A DNA stretch of 56,814 nt from NCBI RefSeq assembly GCF_001194135.2, contig NC_068993.1, forward strand, positions 41,660,501 through 41,717,314, given 5' to 3'. This DNA comes from Octopus bimaculoides. Lineage: Eukaryota. The notes beneath the pieces are model-generated. The model did no database searches, had not been told where the DNA came from, and was given only the letters and a program-made list of their open reading frames with translations. A program made the position numbers and the translations under genes. This document shows positions 35,121-47,452 of the stretch, in pieces. Numbering within the stretch: the first letter of the stretch is position 1; every line of letters starts with the position of its first letter.

Positions 35121-36262
35121 ATATATTATATACCCAGGACTATTCCACATTTTTTTAGGAGTGTGTAGCCACAATAAAACACACACCAGGTATTCCATTC
35201 ATTTCCCAGGTGAAAGAGGCGAGCCTCGTTCTATGCTCGGTCAAGGCACAGAATGCAACCCCCAATATCAGGAGCTGGGCCCGACACCATATGCTGGTTT
35301 ACCCTCGCCGCATTATGTTGGTTCCGTACGAAGCTTTCCTATCATTTATAAACTCTCTTGCCTCTCTTACTCCAACACCTTTAACCACCAAAGCTTTCCT
35401 CACTCCATTCATCCACACAATCCGAGGTCTGACTCTGGTTCTGCTGCCTACCACTTCTGCCTTCATCACCCTCCTTACCATCCGCTCCTCATCCGTCTTC
35501 TCCATGTAGCCAAACCACCTCAGCATTTGTCTATCCATTTTTATTTTTAGTTTTTCTCTCATTCCTGCTCACCTTCGCACGTCCTCATTCCTCACCCTGT
35601 CCATCCGTGTCACAACAACCATATGTCCCAAACAACTCATCTCAAACACATCTAGTCACCTCCTCACCGCCTCTCTCAGCCCCACGTCTCTGCACCATAT
35701 AACATTGTCGGCACAATCACGCCCTTATACACACCTCTTTCATACTCAACCATTTATCTCCCAGCATACCTTTCAGAACTCCAAGTATCTTACTTACCCC
35801 CTCACTCTCCTCACAATTCTTCAGCCATCCGCCATCCGCCGTCATATGTAATCCCAGATACTTAAAAACACGCACCTCCTGTAACATTTCACCATTTATA
35901 CTCACATCCATCTTACCAGTAATTCCATCTGTCGAACATCTCATCAACTTAACTCTTAGCTACATTCAGTTTCAGTTTCCTCCTCTCACACACTCTTCCA
36001 AACTCTATCAACAGTCTCCTCGGTTGCTCATCCGAATCCGCCACCAGTGCTGTATCACCAACAACTTGCCATTTCTCTCCATTTTGTCCCACCATTTGGG
36101 CTCCCTTACCAAAGTTTCTAGCATTTACCTTTCAACACACCATCCATATATGAATTAAACACCCAGGGAGATATCACAGAAACCTGGGTTATACCCATCT
36201 GCACATCAAACTATTCACTTCCTTCACGACGCACCCTAACGTATACCCTATCTGTAGGGCCG
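35121..36262 (-). mobile_element. RTE-type LINE, 3' fragment (RT C-terminal half plus 3' UTR), decayed
   Basis: Minus strand VRVRREGSE*FDVQMGITQVSVISPWVFNSYMDGV, WQVVGDTALVADSDEQPRRLLIEFGRVCERRKLKLNVAKS, LQEVRVFKYLG, MLRWFGYMEKTDEERMVRRVMKAEVVGSRTRVRPRIVW; ends in (TA)n; frameshifts present. Confidence 0.93.
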
Positions 36263-36739
36263 TATATATATATATATATATATATNNNNNNNNNNNNNNN
36301 NNNNNNNNNNNNNNNNNNNNNNNNNNNNNNNNNNNNNNNNNNNNNNNNNNNNNNNNNNNNNNNNNNNNNNNNNNNNNNNNNNNNNNNNNNNNNNNNNNNN
36401 NNNNNNNNNNNNNNNNNNNNNNNNNNNNNNNNNNNNNNNNNNNNNNNNNNNNNNNNNNNNNNNNNNNNNNNNNNNNNNNNNNNNNNNNNNNNNNNNNNNN
36501 NNNNNNNNNNNNNNNNNNNNNNNNNNNNNNNNNNNNNNNNNNNNNNNNNNNNNNNNNNNNNNNNNNNNNNNNNNNNNNNNNNNNNNNNNNNNNNNNNNNN
36601 NNNNNNNNNNNNNNNNNNNNNNNNNNNNNNNNNNNNNNNNNNNNNNNNNNNNNNNNNNNNNNNNNNNNNNNNNNNNNNNNNNNNNNNNNNNNNNNNNNNN
36701 NNNNNNNNNNNNNNNNNNNNNNNNNNNNNNNNNNNNNNN

Positions 36740-36773
<34 letters not shown>

Positions 36774-37335
36774 AAATAATAAATGGGTATATGCATATCA
36801 AACAAATAATAGGCGTACACATATATAAGCATATCTAAAAGTATACAAAGAATAACGCTCGCATTGATTTCCTACCACATGGTCTAAAAATGCATTAAAC
36901 AGCACACTTCAAACTTCTTACATAAGCTGATCAATAGCGAAAACGATTAGTAAAATATAATTTTCGTTCTCCTGCAAAACCTCTTTTAGTTAGAAGATTC
37001 TGTAAAATTTTATTCATTTCAACTTTTATACGAAAACTTTTGTATGCGAAAGATTCCTCTCAATGAAAACTTTTCAGTAATATATGAAAACTGGTATATG
37101 AAAATATTTGTTATGTGAAAATATAATTTTGTATTTTTATTTTCATATACATAGATATAATAGCAGTATTTACCTCATATATTAAAAAAAATAAAACTTG
37201 TTTTATACATACATAGATGTGTGTGTTGTATGTATGTATGTATGTATGTATGTATGTATGTATGCATGTGCATACGTACGTATGTAACCATACATGTATA
37301 TATGCATACAGCGAATTTTCAACACTTTCATTATG

Positions 37336-37375
<40 letters not shown>

Positions 37376-38071
37376 ATATATGCTATTCTTTTCATACACC
37401 ATGTATGGATCCGATTCCAGCGGTGATATTAAATATATCTCAAGAATAGAATAATTGTCAAATAATTTTTTTTGCATATCTCATATCCATTTAATTCTTT
37501 CGTAAATCCTTTACTCGATGAAATATTTTATATATGAAGCATTTTATTTTCTGTGTTAATTCTAACACACTCACCTTTGAACTTCAATTGATTGTATTTT
37601 ATTTTTCTATTTTCAATATATCAAACCAGTGAATTATTTTGTAAAGTTATATACAATTCAGAAAGAGATAATGGATTTTGCAGTTTTCCGGCTTCTTTCA
37701 TAAGTTTTCCAGATTTTTTATGGTTTAACTGAACGTTAAAAATAAATATATATTTCTCTTGCCAGCCTTTGTGAAATATGTCGTAATAGTGAAGGTTCAA
37801 TACACTTTAGCACAAGAAAGTCGGCCAATCTGCTGCAAATAGTTAAGATGTTTGAATACCCTCATACACACACACACATGCACGCATACGCACACACATA
37901 CACACACATGTACAACTATATATACATATAATCATATATATATAAGTTAAAACAGTAGGGTAAAAAATTGGATATTAATTAATATCAATTTAATACCAGG
38001 GAACAAACACATTGAAAGAATCAAGGAGATTCAGAAATATTACCTAAGATCTCAAAGGATTATTGTATATG

Positions 38072-38177
38072 TATATATAAAGGAGACCACTAGGTGGACT
38101 GTTAATGTGCTAGAAGCATTACATGTGATCTTCTTCTAGCACATTAACAATCCACCTAGTGGTCTCCTTTATATATA
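38072..38177. repeat. 45-bp inverted repeat (1 mismatch) with 16-nt spacer
   Basis: TATATATAAAGGAGACCACTAGGTGGACTGTTAATGTGCTAGAAG (38072-38116) versus 38133-38177; abuts an N-gap. Confidence 0.9.
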
Positions 38178-38518
38178 TANNNNNNNNNNNNNNNNNNNNN
38201 NNNNNNNNNNNNNNNNNNNNNNNNNNNNNNNNNNNNNNNNNNNNNNNNNNNNNNNNNNNNNNNNNNNNNNNNNNNNNNNNGAGAGAGAGAGAGAGAGAGA
38301 CAGAGAGAGACACAGAGAGAGACACAGAGAGAGGAAGAGAAAGAGCGAGATCATATATGTACTCGTACGCAAGCACACGCAGATATGTACATACCAGACT
38401 TCAAGTAACTTAAGTACTTGTATCGACGACTTTGACTAAATCCTTCAAGGCGGTACACCAGGGTGGCCACTGACCAATAACACACACACACACAGACATA
38501 CACACAGACATACACACA

Positions 38519-38554
<36 letters not shown>

Positions 38555-38949
38555 TATAGATATATATATATATACCACATACGTATGTATTTATATGCAA
38601 TATATGTATGTATGTACGTATACGTCTATATATATATGTGTGTATGTGTGTGTATATGCCTATATGTATGTTTAAATATATGTATGCATGCATGTTTAAA
38701 TATGTACGTGTATGCTGGAAGGATTATTAATCCGGGCAAAATACTTTAATAGATTTACGTAAATACATATACACGACACAAATAAAATATTTGAGGTTAG
38801 TAAAATACTCAGCGAAACCTTACGGCAGGACCCCAAGTTCATTTCCACTCTATACTGTAAATCCGTGGTTGCATTCCCTGTTATCTTTCTTCCACTCATT
38901 CTATACTTCTTACCTCTTTTCTCATCCTTTTTTATGGTTGTATCGTTCA

Positions 38950-39400
38950 TTTGTCGTTGTTCTACTTTGTTTTTCATTAGAGTTATTAGATTCACGTTTG
39001 AAAAGAAAAATGAAAATGAAAGTGGGTCTTTGACATTTTGGATATAAAGTCCTTCATCAGATAAAGGAGGAAGGAAAAAGATGGGGTTTGGAAAGAAGAA
39101 TAGAAAAAAGATAGGGCCAGTTGTTAATGCAGTTCTATGGGGAGCTGGTGAGCAGAGAGGTAGAGACGGAGACTTGTGGGTATATAAAGAAGGGAGAATA
39201 TCTGTGTAAAAGATGGTCATAGGAAGTAAGAGCGGTGTCAGATGCTGGTGGCTGGTTGGGGTGCGTGGAGTGGACAGTGAGCGTAGTAAAGGAGAGATTG
39301 TGAGAGCGAGGTGTGGAAGCAGGAGAAAAGGGGAAAACAGTAGAGAAAATTGTTTGGTTGAACAAAAGATTATAGCAATTACAAATAAAGGAGACGTTTT
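38950..39400 (-). mobile_element. Probable Penelope-like terminal repeat with decayed minimal hammerhead
   Basis: Minus strand CTGATGA-A-GGA-CTTTATA-TCC-AAAA-TG-TC (39060-39032), equivalent to CUGAUGA...CCGAAACGUC with two CpG-type transitions, at the 3' end of a pyrimidine-rich tract. Confidence 0.5.
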
Positions 39401-39452
39401 AAACTAGATAAATAAGTGGAAACATCAACAGGCAAACATTTTGATAGATAGG

Positions 39453-39501
<49 letters not shown>

Positions 39502-41554
39502 TTGGGCGTGAGTACACACATATGCACACATACGCCCACATACGCACTTATGTATTGATATTTTATTTTTTTGCCATTGAATAAATGAAACTATTTTTCT
39601 TAACTCATTATAGATAAGTATAATGCAGGATTTTATCTATCAAACTATATTTCAGAATCTCTGTACAAATATTTACTTTTCTGAAATACTACAGAAAATT
39701 TACACAACAAAATTAACGCTGAATCAGTATAAAGTTATATTATAATATAATATTTAAAAATCACGCTGATAAAGCATTTAATAGAATTACCAATATATTT
39801 AGCAATTTAGGTTTAAACAGTAGCAATCGATTAGTGATGATGTTTATCTCTAACTTGGGAAACGAATAATAATTAAGAGCGTTGAAATTATGCTTAAATT
39901 GAGTTGTAAATAATCTAGTTTAAATTCATGGATCGAGAGATGGGGAGAGTGAGGAGTTGTCATGCATGAATAATAAATCCGTATGTTAACAACACACAAT
40001 ACAAAATTAACCTAATGATCATAACTAGTCATATTGACTTGATAGAATATTCTGGAATAATTAATAGCATATAAATAGCAATCGATATTCTCACTAGTTT
40101 TTGTTTGTTTTTCTGTCTCGTTTTTTAAATTTTTTTTTTATTTATTATTATTATTATTATTATTAATTTTTTTTTTTTTGCATTAACAGATGCCAGAAAT
40201 GATAATACCGTTTTAAAATTGTGATAAACTCATATAACAATTCTTTTGGCGATTCAACCGACACAGATAAGCGAGGTGGATTGCAGACGATATTTAAGGG
40301 ATTGGTCTATATGATGTAAAGAGAGGAAGCTACTTTTAAATTAATGAAATTGTGAACGAAAGGCGGATCCTCTACGTGACTGCCCGGCCTGCCAGATATA
40401 GCAGTCAAATATAAACTGATGTAGTCAGGATCTTTGACTGCCATTTTCATTGGAATATACATCATCTGCTTCTAACAGGTGTCGTTCACTGGTGATAAAT
40501 ATAGGCATCCTCTGCTTGTGGAACGTCTGGTTATGGGATCCTACACCAGTTCAAATTCTAAACTATTACTATTAATTCCATTATACGAAACGCGGGTAGA
40601 TTTAAACAATTTTAGAGACTAAATCTATGATACATGTAAAATATATGCAGAATATATGCATATATATGTGTGTGTATAGAGAGAGAGAGAGAAAGAAAAA
40701 AGAAAGAGAGAGAGAGAGAGAGAACAAGATAGAGAGGGAGAGAGAAAGTAAGATAGAGAGGGAGAGAGAGAGCAAGCTAATAGTGAGGGGTTATCAATTC
40801 GAGCAAATTACTTCAAAGCTCTCTGTTGGCACACCAGGCTAACAATATTATTTAGATTAGTGAAGAACTCTAAGTATTCTTATGGTAAGGTCCAAGGTTA
40901 TCGTTCATCACAATTCCATATTGTAAATCCGTGGATGGGCTCCAGACAAACTAGTTTTTACACAGAATGATATATAAAGCAAGTTTAAAATAATTGTCAT
41001 TACACATTTTTCCTTTAGTGGAACAAATTTGACTTACAGCTGTTTCTAGTAGTCATCATAGTTACATTACTGATAGCGTTACTCAGTTGGTCTCTTGATC
41101 AGTTGAGAAAAATTGAACGACCGAAAGAATTACTGCTACTTTCCTCAGAGAAAAGAGAGACATGAGTGAAGAGAAGTAAGGAAAGGATAGAGGAAGGGAT
41201 CACTTAAAGAAAGTTGGGGTTAGGGTTAGGGTCAAAATGTGGGAAAGAGCTAGTCATAAAATATTAGTGTATGTAGTCAGGTCAACTGCCATATTAGCAT
41301 AGTTTATAGGTTAGATATACTCCAGCTGTTGTGTTGAATTTTTATATGAACCATTTATATACATAGTCAACTTTGGTCATTGATATTTGATCATTGGTGC
41401 TATCAAAAATAGCAGGGAATTGTATTAGAAAAGGAATTAAATATCAGTAGTAATCATTGTGATGTAGAGGCTGAAAAATCTCTGATTAGCTAGGATATAA
41501 AATAGTGAAAGATTGAGATGTGAGGCTGAAATGGGATAATGTCAAGTTGAGTTG

Positions 41555-41602
<48 letters not shown>

Positions 41603-41822
41603 NNNNNNNNNNNNNNNNNNNNNNNNNNNNNNNNNNNNNNNNNNNNNNNNNNNNNNNNNNNNNNNNNNNNNNNNNNNNNNNNNNNNNNNNNNNNNNNNNN
41701 NNNNNNNNNNNNNNNNNNNNNNNNNNNNNNNNNNNNNNNNNNNNNNNNNNNNNNNNNNNNNNNNNNNNNNNNNNNNNNNNNNNNNNNNNNNNNNNNNNNN
41801 NNNNNNNNNNNNNNNNNNNNNN

Positions 41823-41899
<77 letters not shown>

Positions 41900-41983
41900 G
41901 ATAGATAGATGGATAGATAAATAAATAAATAGACAGACAGGCAGACAGACAGACAGATAGATAGATAGATAGATAGACAAAGG

Positions 41984-42143
41984 TTATAAACGCTTCATTC
42001 CCTATAATATCAATGTAAGTTATTCATGTTTAGACTATTATTTTGAACATCACATGCTACAATCGGCGCAAACACACAGGTACACAGAGTCCAACCCAGG
42101 ACCTAATCTGTAACTTCCAGTATCCTACTAACTGTCCACTGTT
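41984..42143 (+). repeat. 160-bp dispersed duplicate, copy 1 (copy 2 at 43704-43865)
   Basis: TTATAAA(C/T)GCTTCA...TTTGAACATCACAT...GGCGCAAACACACA...GACCTAA.CTGTA.CTTCCA; both copies follow a (GATA)n run. Confidence 0.85.
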
Positions 42144-42699
42144 CCTCCGTATAACGACTAACACTATCGTAAACATAAGTCATGGAACTATTTCAGTTCT
42201 TCATTAAAGCTGATAAACATAGCTGCCAGTAGTGTAGTGTCTGTTATTTCAAGAGCGTTTGTCAATCCCTCTTTTAAATGGACTGGACCGGTGAAAATAC
42301 ATGCATTTACCAATTATACAAGAATACTGTATCGTGAAAAACAAATCATCAAATCATTAACCTGGATTTTAATCTCCACTAAGGTGCCTTTTGCGCTTGA
42401 TTTTAATTTTAAATTTTAATCAGCTTTCCACTGATTCTATTAATTATTCTCGTGTGTCTATTAATTTGAAGTTTTTATGATAAAGTGAGAGTAATAAGAA
42501 TTCAAATAGATGCAAATTATTAATTGTATAACTTACAGATTTTTGATTTCCGAACAAATATTTAAATATTAAATAATAGTTTAATTGCTTTGTAGTTAGC
42601 ATGTTATCTGCTTCTATCTATGAATTTATTATAAATCGATATAATATAGTAATGCTTTCCTAAATATTTTCTTACCCTTCGAATAATTTTTAGCAAATC

Positions 42700-43090
42700 A
42701 CGTAGGCATGCTGTGGTAAAAATTTTGCTCAGCCCGCGGTGTGGCAACTTCGACAGGTATCTTCTGCTATAGCGCCGGGCCTACGAGAAATTTGTTAGTC
42801 GATTTGGTAGACGGAAACTGAAAGAAGTCCGTTGTATATGTGTGTGCGTGTACCTGCATATATATTTATGCTTGTGTCTCAGTGTTCGTATTTTCCCCCC
42901 ACCACCGCCTCTTCACACCCGTTATGTTTACATCACCTAACATAACGGTTCGACGAAAGAAGCCGATAAATTGAATATCAGGCTTAAAAATATATACCGG
43001 TGAGGATTCTTTCGACTAAAACCCTTCCCGCCGGTGCTCCATCATGACAGCAGACTAAAGGCTTACACATGTAAAAGATTAAAAATAAAA
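42700..43090 (+). mobile_element. SINE family B, diverged full length
   Basis: Head with GTAGACGGAAACTGAAAGAAG, short microsatellite core, tail CGGTTCGACGAAAGAAGCCGATAA...GGTGCTCCA. Confidence 0.8.
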
Positions 43091-43647
43091 GACGAAATTG
43101 ATGATGTTGGGAAAACGGTCGTGATGAAACAATTATTTTTTTCTGATATGGTCACGTTGCTGTATTGATAATGTCACTTATATTGAGATAAATCACCTAC
43201 CTAGACTTTCCTTTCACAACTGTTGGACCTCCTAGTGTTAGAGAAGGTCTTAATGATTTATGGGAATTATGAGGATGAGATTAAGCGTTGGCAGCTGTTT
43301 CAAACAACCAGTTACCAAGTATTAAGAAATAGAGAAGTAATGCATATTAGCTAACTCATTGATTTTTATTTTCCTTCATCTTACAAATTTGTGTAGGTCC
43401 AGAAGTTTAAAATGCTACAACTGTTTAATGTCTAAAAATAGATTAATGTAACTTATTAACTTTAGCTTCATTATAACCCGAAGGTTGTACTAAGTAATTA
43501 TGAGTTAAGGCCCTTACTTGAGCCAAGTCTATTGCATGGATCAAGGGATCCGTATATTGTGAAATAACGTGAGTCGTGTGTTAGAGCCGCATTCAATTCT
43601 GAATTTATATATATATATATCTATCTATATATATATANNNNNNNNNN

Positions 43648-43688
<41 letters not shown>

Positions 43689-43703
43689 TTAGATAGATAG
43701 ATC

Positions 43704-43865
43704 TTATAAATGCTTCAGTCCCTATAGTGTCTAGGTAAGCTATTCATATTTAGACAATATTGCTTTGAACATCACATTCTACAATTGGCGCAAACACACA
43801 ACTACACAAAGTCTGACCCACGACCTAACCTGTACCTTCCAAAATCCTTCCAACTATCCATTGTT
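43704..43865 (+). repeat. 160-bp dispersed duplicate, copy 2
   Basis: Aligns to 41984-42143 with scattered substitutions. Confidence 0.85.
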
Positions 43866-43889
43866 TTATGAGAGTAAATGTGATTTATG

Positions 43890-44170
43890 TAGACGCAGTA
43901 AAACTGAATGGTTAAGACGTTCACTTCGCAATCTTTAGGTTTTGGATTCGATCCTACTGAGTATTATCTTGGGCAAATCTTATTTTCTATAACCTTGCAT
44001 CGGCCGGAGTGTACCTGTAATTCAGAAGGTACTGTATTACTGCGCGCCTTGACATGCTCTTTTTGCCTGAGAATTACATTACGTTAAGTGTCCGCATGTC
44101 TGTAGAAGACTCAGCTCAGGTAATTCAGTTGATCGAACAATTGAATCTTCATAGTCGAGCAACGAGGATT
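43890..44170 (+). mobile_element. SINE family C (tRNA-like head plus body)
   Basis: AATGGTTAAGACGTTCACT...GGATTCGATCCTACTG...CTTGGGCAA, then a body shared with 6925-7050. Confidence 0.7.
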
Positions 44171-45557
44171 TACCACACAACAAATTAGATTTCAACACAT
44201 AAAAAATTCTAACATGTATTCTTTTATTCTAATCTAACGGGGCAACACCTCACTTATACGTTAAACATTTCTGTCTCACTTGTTATTTTAACTTCAGCCG
44301 GTGTCTATGTAAAACAAGGCGTTCTGTGGCTGCAATACGAAAGTTTCTTGAGCATTTAAGAAAAGTGGTGATCATAACACGAATTGAAACTTCGGCCCTT
44401 CGTTCAACGACTGAATGACCAAGCCAACGGGCAGTATATTTGAACATTTTATTAGAAACTTTACTTGTAAGATTAATCCTCCGCTGCCATATAATTGATA
44501 ATCTCATTATCCATCTTACTATAACTAAATAAAGAATATTGGCAATATCTTTCGATGTGATACTTTGAAGGAGAATACAGTTCTTCTTTGACGGAGATAT
44601 TTTATCAAATTTTAACCTTGCCTTGAGGCGCTTTACTCTTTTATGCTATACTAACTTATTTTGTCTTCGTTACTTTATTTGTTGTCTATTTCTAATGTCC
44701 TTGCAGGAGATTTAATGCTTCATGTTTGATGTTTGATGTGTGCATAGGTGTGAGGTCATTTCCATGAAGAAATACTTCTAATCAGATCTTATTAACTCAT
44801 ACCAAATCTAAAATGCTCAAGAACATAAAGAGCATCATAATTTCTGCAGAATTCCCAGTTTCTCCTGGTTCTTATATTTCTTAGATAACAAAGCAACACA
44901 AGTCTGTTGTCAAATCTAATCAAACAAGAAATTGTTGTTTGTATGTGAGACGAATATACGACATGATATATCTCACTTTCAACGCTGACATGTTTTGGAA
45001 GCTGTCCAATACAACGATTCGCTTCTGCGAAAAACTTACTGTTTGAAGACAACAAAAGGAGACAGTAAGTATTAACACATATTGTACCTGATAAAGAACT
45101 ATAGTGCTATCATTTTCTGAATGTTTGCCATTTTATCCTAAGGTTTCATCTTTTACTATTAAGTAAGGAGTGTAATCTTCACAGTTGGATTTCATCAAAC
45201 GTTTATATATTATAAATAAAGTTTCTTTTATTTCTCTTTAAGATCCGCTCTTAAATTTTTTTCTATCATTTCTCATCATGATATTTATTATTTAAAGCGG
45301 AAACTTAAACAAGTTTGTAATATCTTGTCAAATATCATCGTCTAACAACTTATATATAGACACTTGCATGTATATATATATATAATGCACACACACAAAC
45401 ACAAGCACACACATATATGCATACAAACATACATGCATACATACATACATAATCATATGCATAGATATACATACAAATATACGTGTGTGTAGGCGGCGCC
45501 ATTACATACACATAAATACTGTTAAAATAAATAAATAATTATATATATATATACATT

Positions 45558-45601
<44 letters not shown>

Positions 45602-45835
45602 NNNNNNNNNNNNNNNNNNNNNNNNNNNNNNNNNNNNNNNNNNNNNNNNNNNNNNNNNNNNNNNNNNNNNNNNNNNNNNNNNNNNNNNNNNNNNNNNNNN
45701 NNNNNNNNNNNNNNNNNNNNNNNNNNNNNNNNNNNNNNNNNNNNNNNNNNNNNNNNNNNNNNNNNNNNNNNNNNNNNNNNNNNNNTATAATGCAAGTTCA
45801 GTCTTACAATCAAGAATTAGAATACTCAATAAAGT

Positions 45836-46211
45836 TGTTGTGGCGAGAGTCATTGACACCCCTGGGGGATTGGAAGAATGAACTAGCCGATTTCTGATAA
45901 AGAGTAGTGTTCGGCAGACGTCGTTGAAGAGCTTTGCTAGAGGCAGGTAAGAGTCGCAGTGGTAATTCCGCGTTGAACTCTCACCGAACACGTAAGCTGC
46001 CGTAATGGTAATAGTTCGAATTACTGTGTGTTGGTACCGTCACTAGAATGTGGCAAGGGTTCGATTCTCCTGCTCACAATATATCGGATGCAGTTGTGCA
46101 GTGTTAAACAGCTAGAGGAAATGTTTTCTTGGGGTTAAAAAATCGCACTAAAGTCCGTTTGAGCGAAAGACAAACAATACTACCTAAGAGTCGAGTAATA
46201 ACTACGTTACA
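45836..46211 (+). mobile_element. 5' LTR of a non-autonomous (TRIM-like) LTR element
   Basis: Starts TGTTGTGG, ends GTTACA, followed by a PBS-like TGGCAACGAG; the first ~90 bp are homologous to 47201 onward. Confidence 0.7.
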
Positions 46212-46216
46212 ATATT

Positions 46217-46236
46217 TGGCAACGAGTCGTCAGGAT
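46217..46236 (+). promoter_or_regulatory. Primer-binding-site-like motif
   Basis: TGGCAACGAG(TCGTCA)GGAT 5 nt after the LTR end; resembles TGGCGACGAGGAT, complementary to the 3' end of tRNA-Ser(GCT). Confidence 0.55.
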
Positions 46237-46360
46237 ATAAAAGCGACGACGTGAAAAAGAAATAAAAATTCAAAATTTCAAATTCCAGGGCGATACTGTG
46301 TGGAAAGGCCGATACTGTGAGCAAAGGCCGAGAGATACTAGAAAAGTATAGGTATAAAAA

Positions 46361-47141
46361 TAATCTTTTCTACTCTAGGCACAAGGACCGAAATTTTTGA
46401 GGAGGAGCCTAGTCGATTAGAACGATCCCACTACGCAACTGGTACTTAATTTATCGACCCCAAAAGGAAAAGTTGACCTCAGCGGAATTTGAACTCAGAA
46501 CGTAACGGCAGACGAAAACCCGCTAAGCATTTTGCCCGACGTGCTAACGTTTCTGCCAGCTCGCCNNNNNNNNNNNNNNNNNNNNNNNNNNNNNNNNNNN
46601 NNNNNNNNNNNNNNNNNNNNNNNNNNNNNNNNNNNNNNNNNNNNNNNNNNNNNNNNNNNNNNNNNNNNNNNNNNNNNNNNNNNNNNNNNNNNNNNNNNNN
46701 NNNNNNNNNNNNNNNNNNNNNNNNNNNNNNNNNNNNNNNNNNNNNNNNNNNNNNNNNNNNNNNNNNNNNNNNNNNNNNNNNNNNNNNNNNNNNNNNNNNN
46801 NNNNNNNNNNNNNNNNNNNNNNNNNNNNNNNNNNNNNNNNATGTAAGGCAGAGTCGACCTCGGCAGAATTTGAACTCAGAACGTAAAACAGACGAAATAC
46901 TAACGTTTTTTTTTTCTTTATTGCCTACAAGGGGCTACACACAGAGGGGACAAACAAGGACATACAAACGGATTAACTCGATTATATCGAGTCCAGTGCG
47001 TCACAGGTACTTATTTAATCGACCCTGAAAGTATGAAAGGCAAAGTCGACCTCAGCGGAATTTGAACTCAGAACGTAACGGCAGACGAAAACCCGCTAAG
47101 CATTTTGCCCGACGTGCTAACGTTTCTGCCAGCTCGCCACC
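46361..47141 (-). mobile_element. Three SINE family A copies (46361-46565, 46841-46908, 46915-47141) inside the LTR element
   Basis: All on the minus strand; the 5' 97 bp of the first and third copies differ at one position. Confidence 0.9.
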
Positions 47142-47189
47142 TTTAAGAATGAAAAATAATGATATTAACTTCAAACGGAAGTCAATTTC

Positions 47190-47452
47190 AAAGGGGGAGA
47201 TGTTGTGGTAAAAGTCATTGACATTCCTGGCGGATTGGAAGAATGGAATAGCCGAACTCTTATATTGATTTAATGGTCGGTAGTATTCAGAGATCGTTTT
47301 GGTAGTCCCATTTATTAAACCTCCACTGCGTAATGTATCTATAACAACCTGTGGCAGAATATAAAAGAAGTAGAGTGTAAACACCACTCAGAGTTTTCAA
47401 TATGTGCAATAGGTAGATACTCGCGAAATCCTAAGTATTATCTCAACTACAT
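47190..47452 (+). mobile_element. Polypurine tract plus diverged 3' LTR
   Basis: AAAGGGGGAGA (47190-47200) directly before TGTTGTGGTAAAAGTCATTGACATTCCTGGCGGATTGGAAGAATG; right end uncertain (CCTAAG...AACTAC near 47430-47452 resembles the 5' LTR end). Confidence 0.6.

Noticed and set aside
41217-41236. GGGTTAGGGTTAGGG telomere-like repeat
   Set aside because: Only 2-3 units; probably part of a dispersed repeat rather than an interstitial telomere.
42170-42420. Minus frame with a cadherin-like VEIKIQVND
   Set aside because: Lacks DxNDNxP, LDRE and AxDxG motifs and contains stops.
44280-45070. 74-aa and 87-aa minus ORFs and plus-strand splice sites (44884 acceptor, 45065 donor)
   Set aside because: All exon frames contain stops; no homology recognised.
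45997-46072. A-box/B-box-like pair inside the LTR
   Set aside because: Both boxes are imperfect and there is no cloverleaf; cannot be separated from chance.
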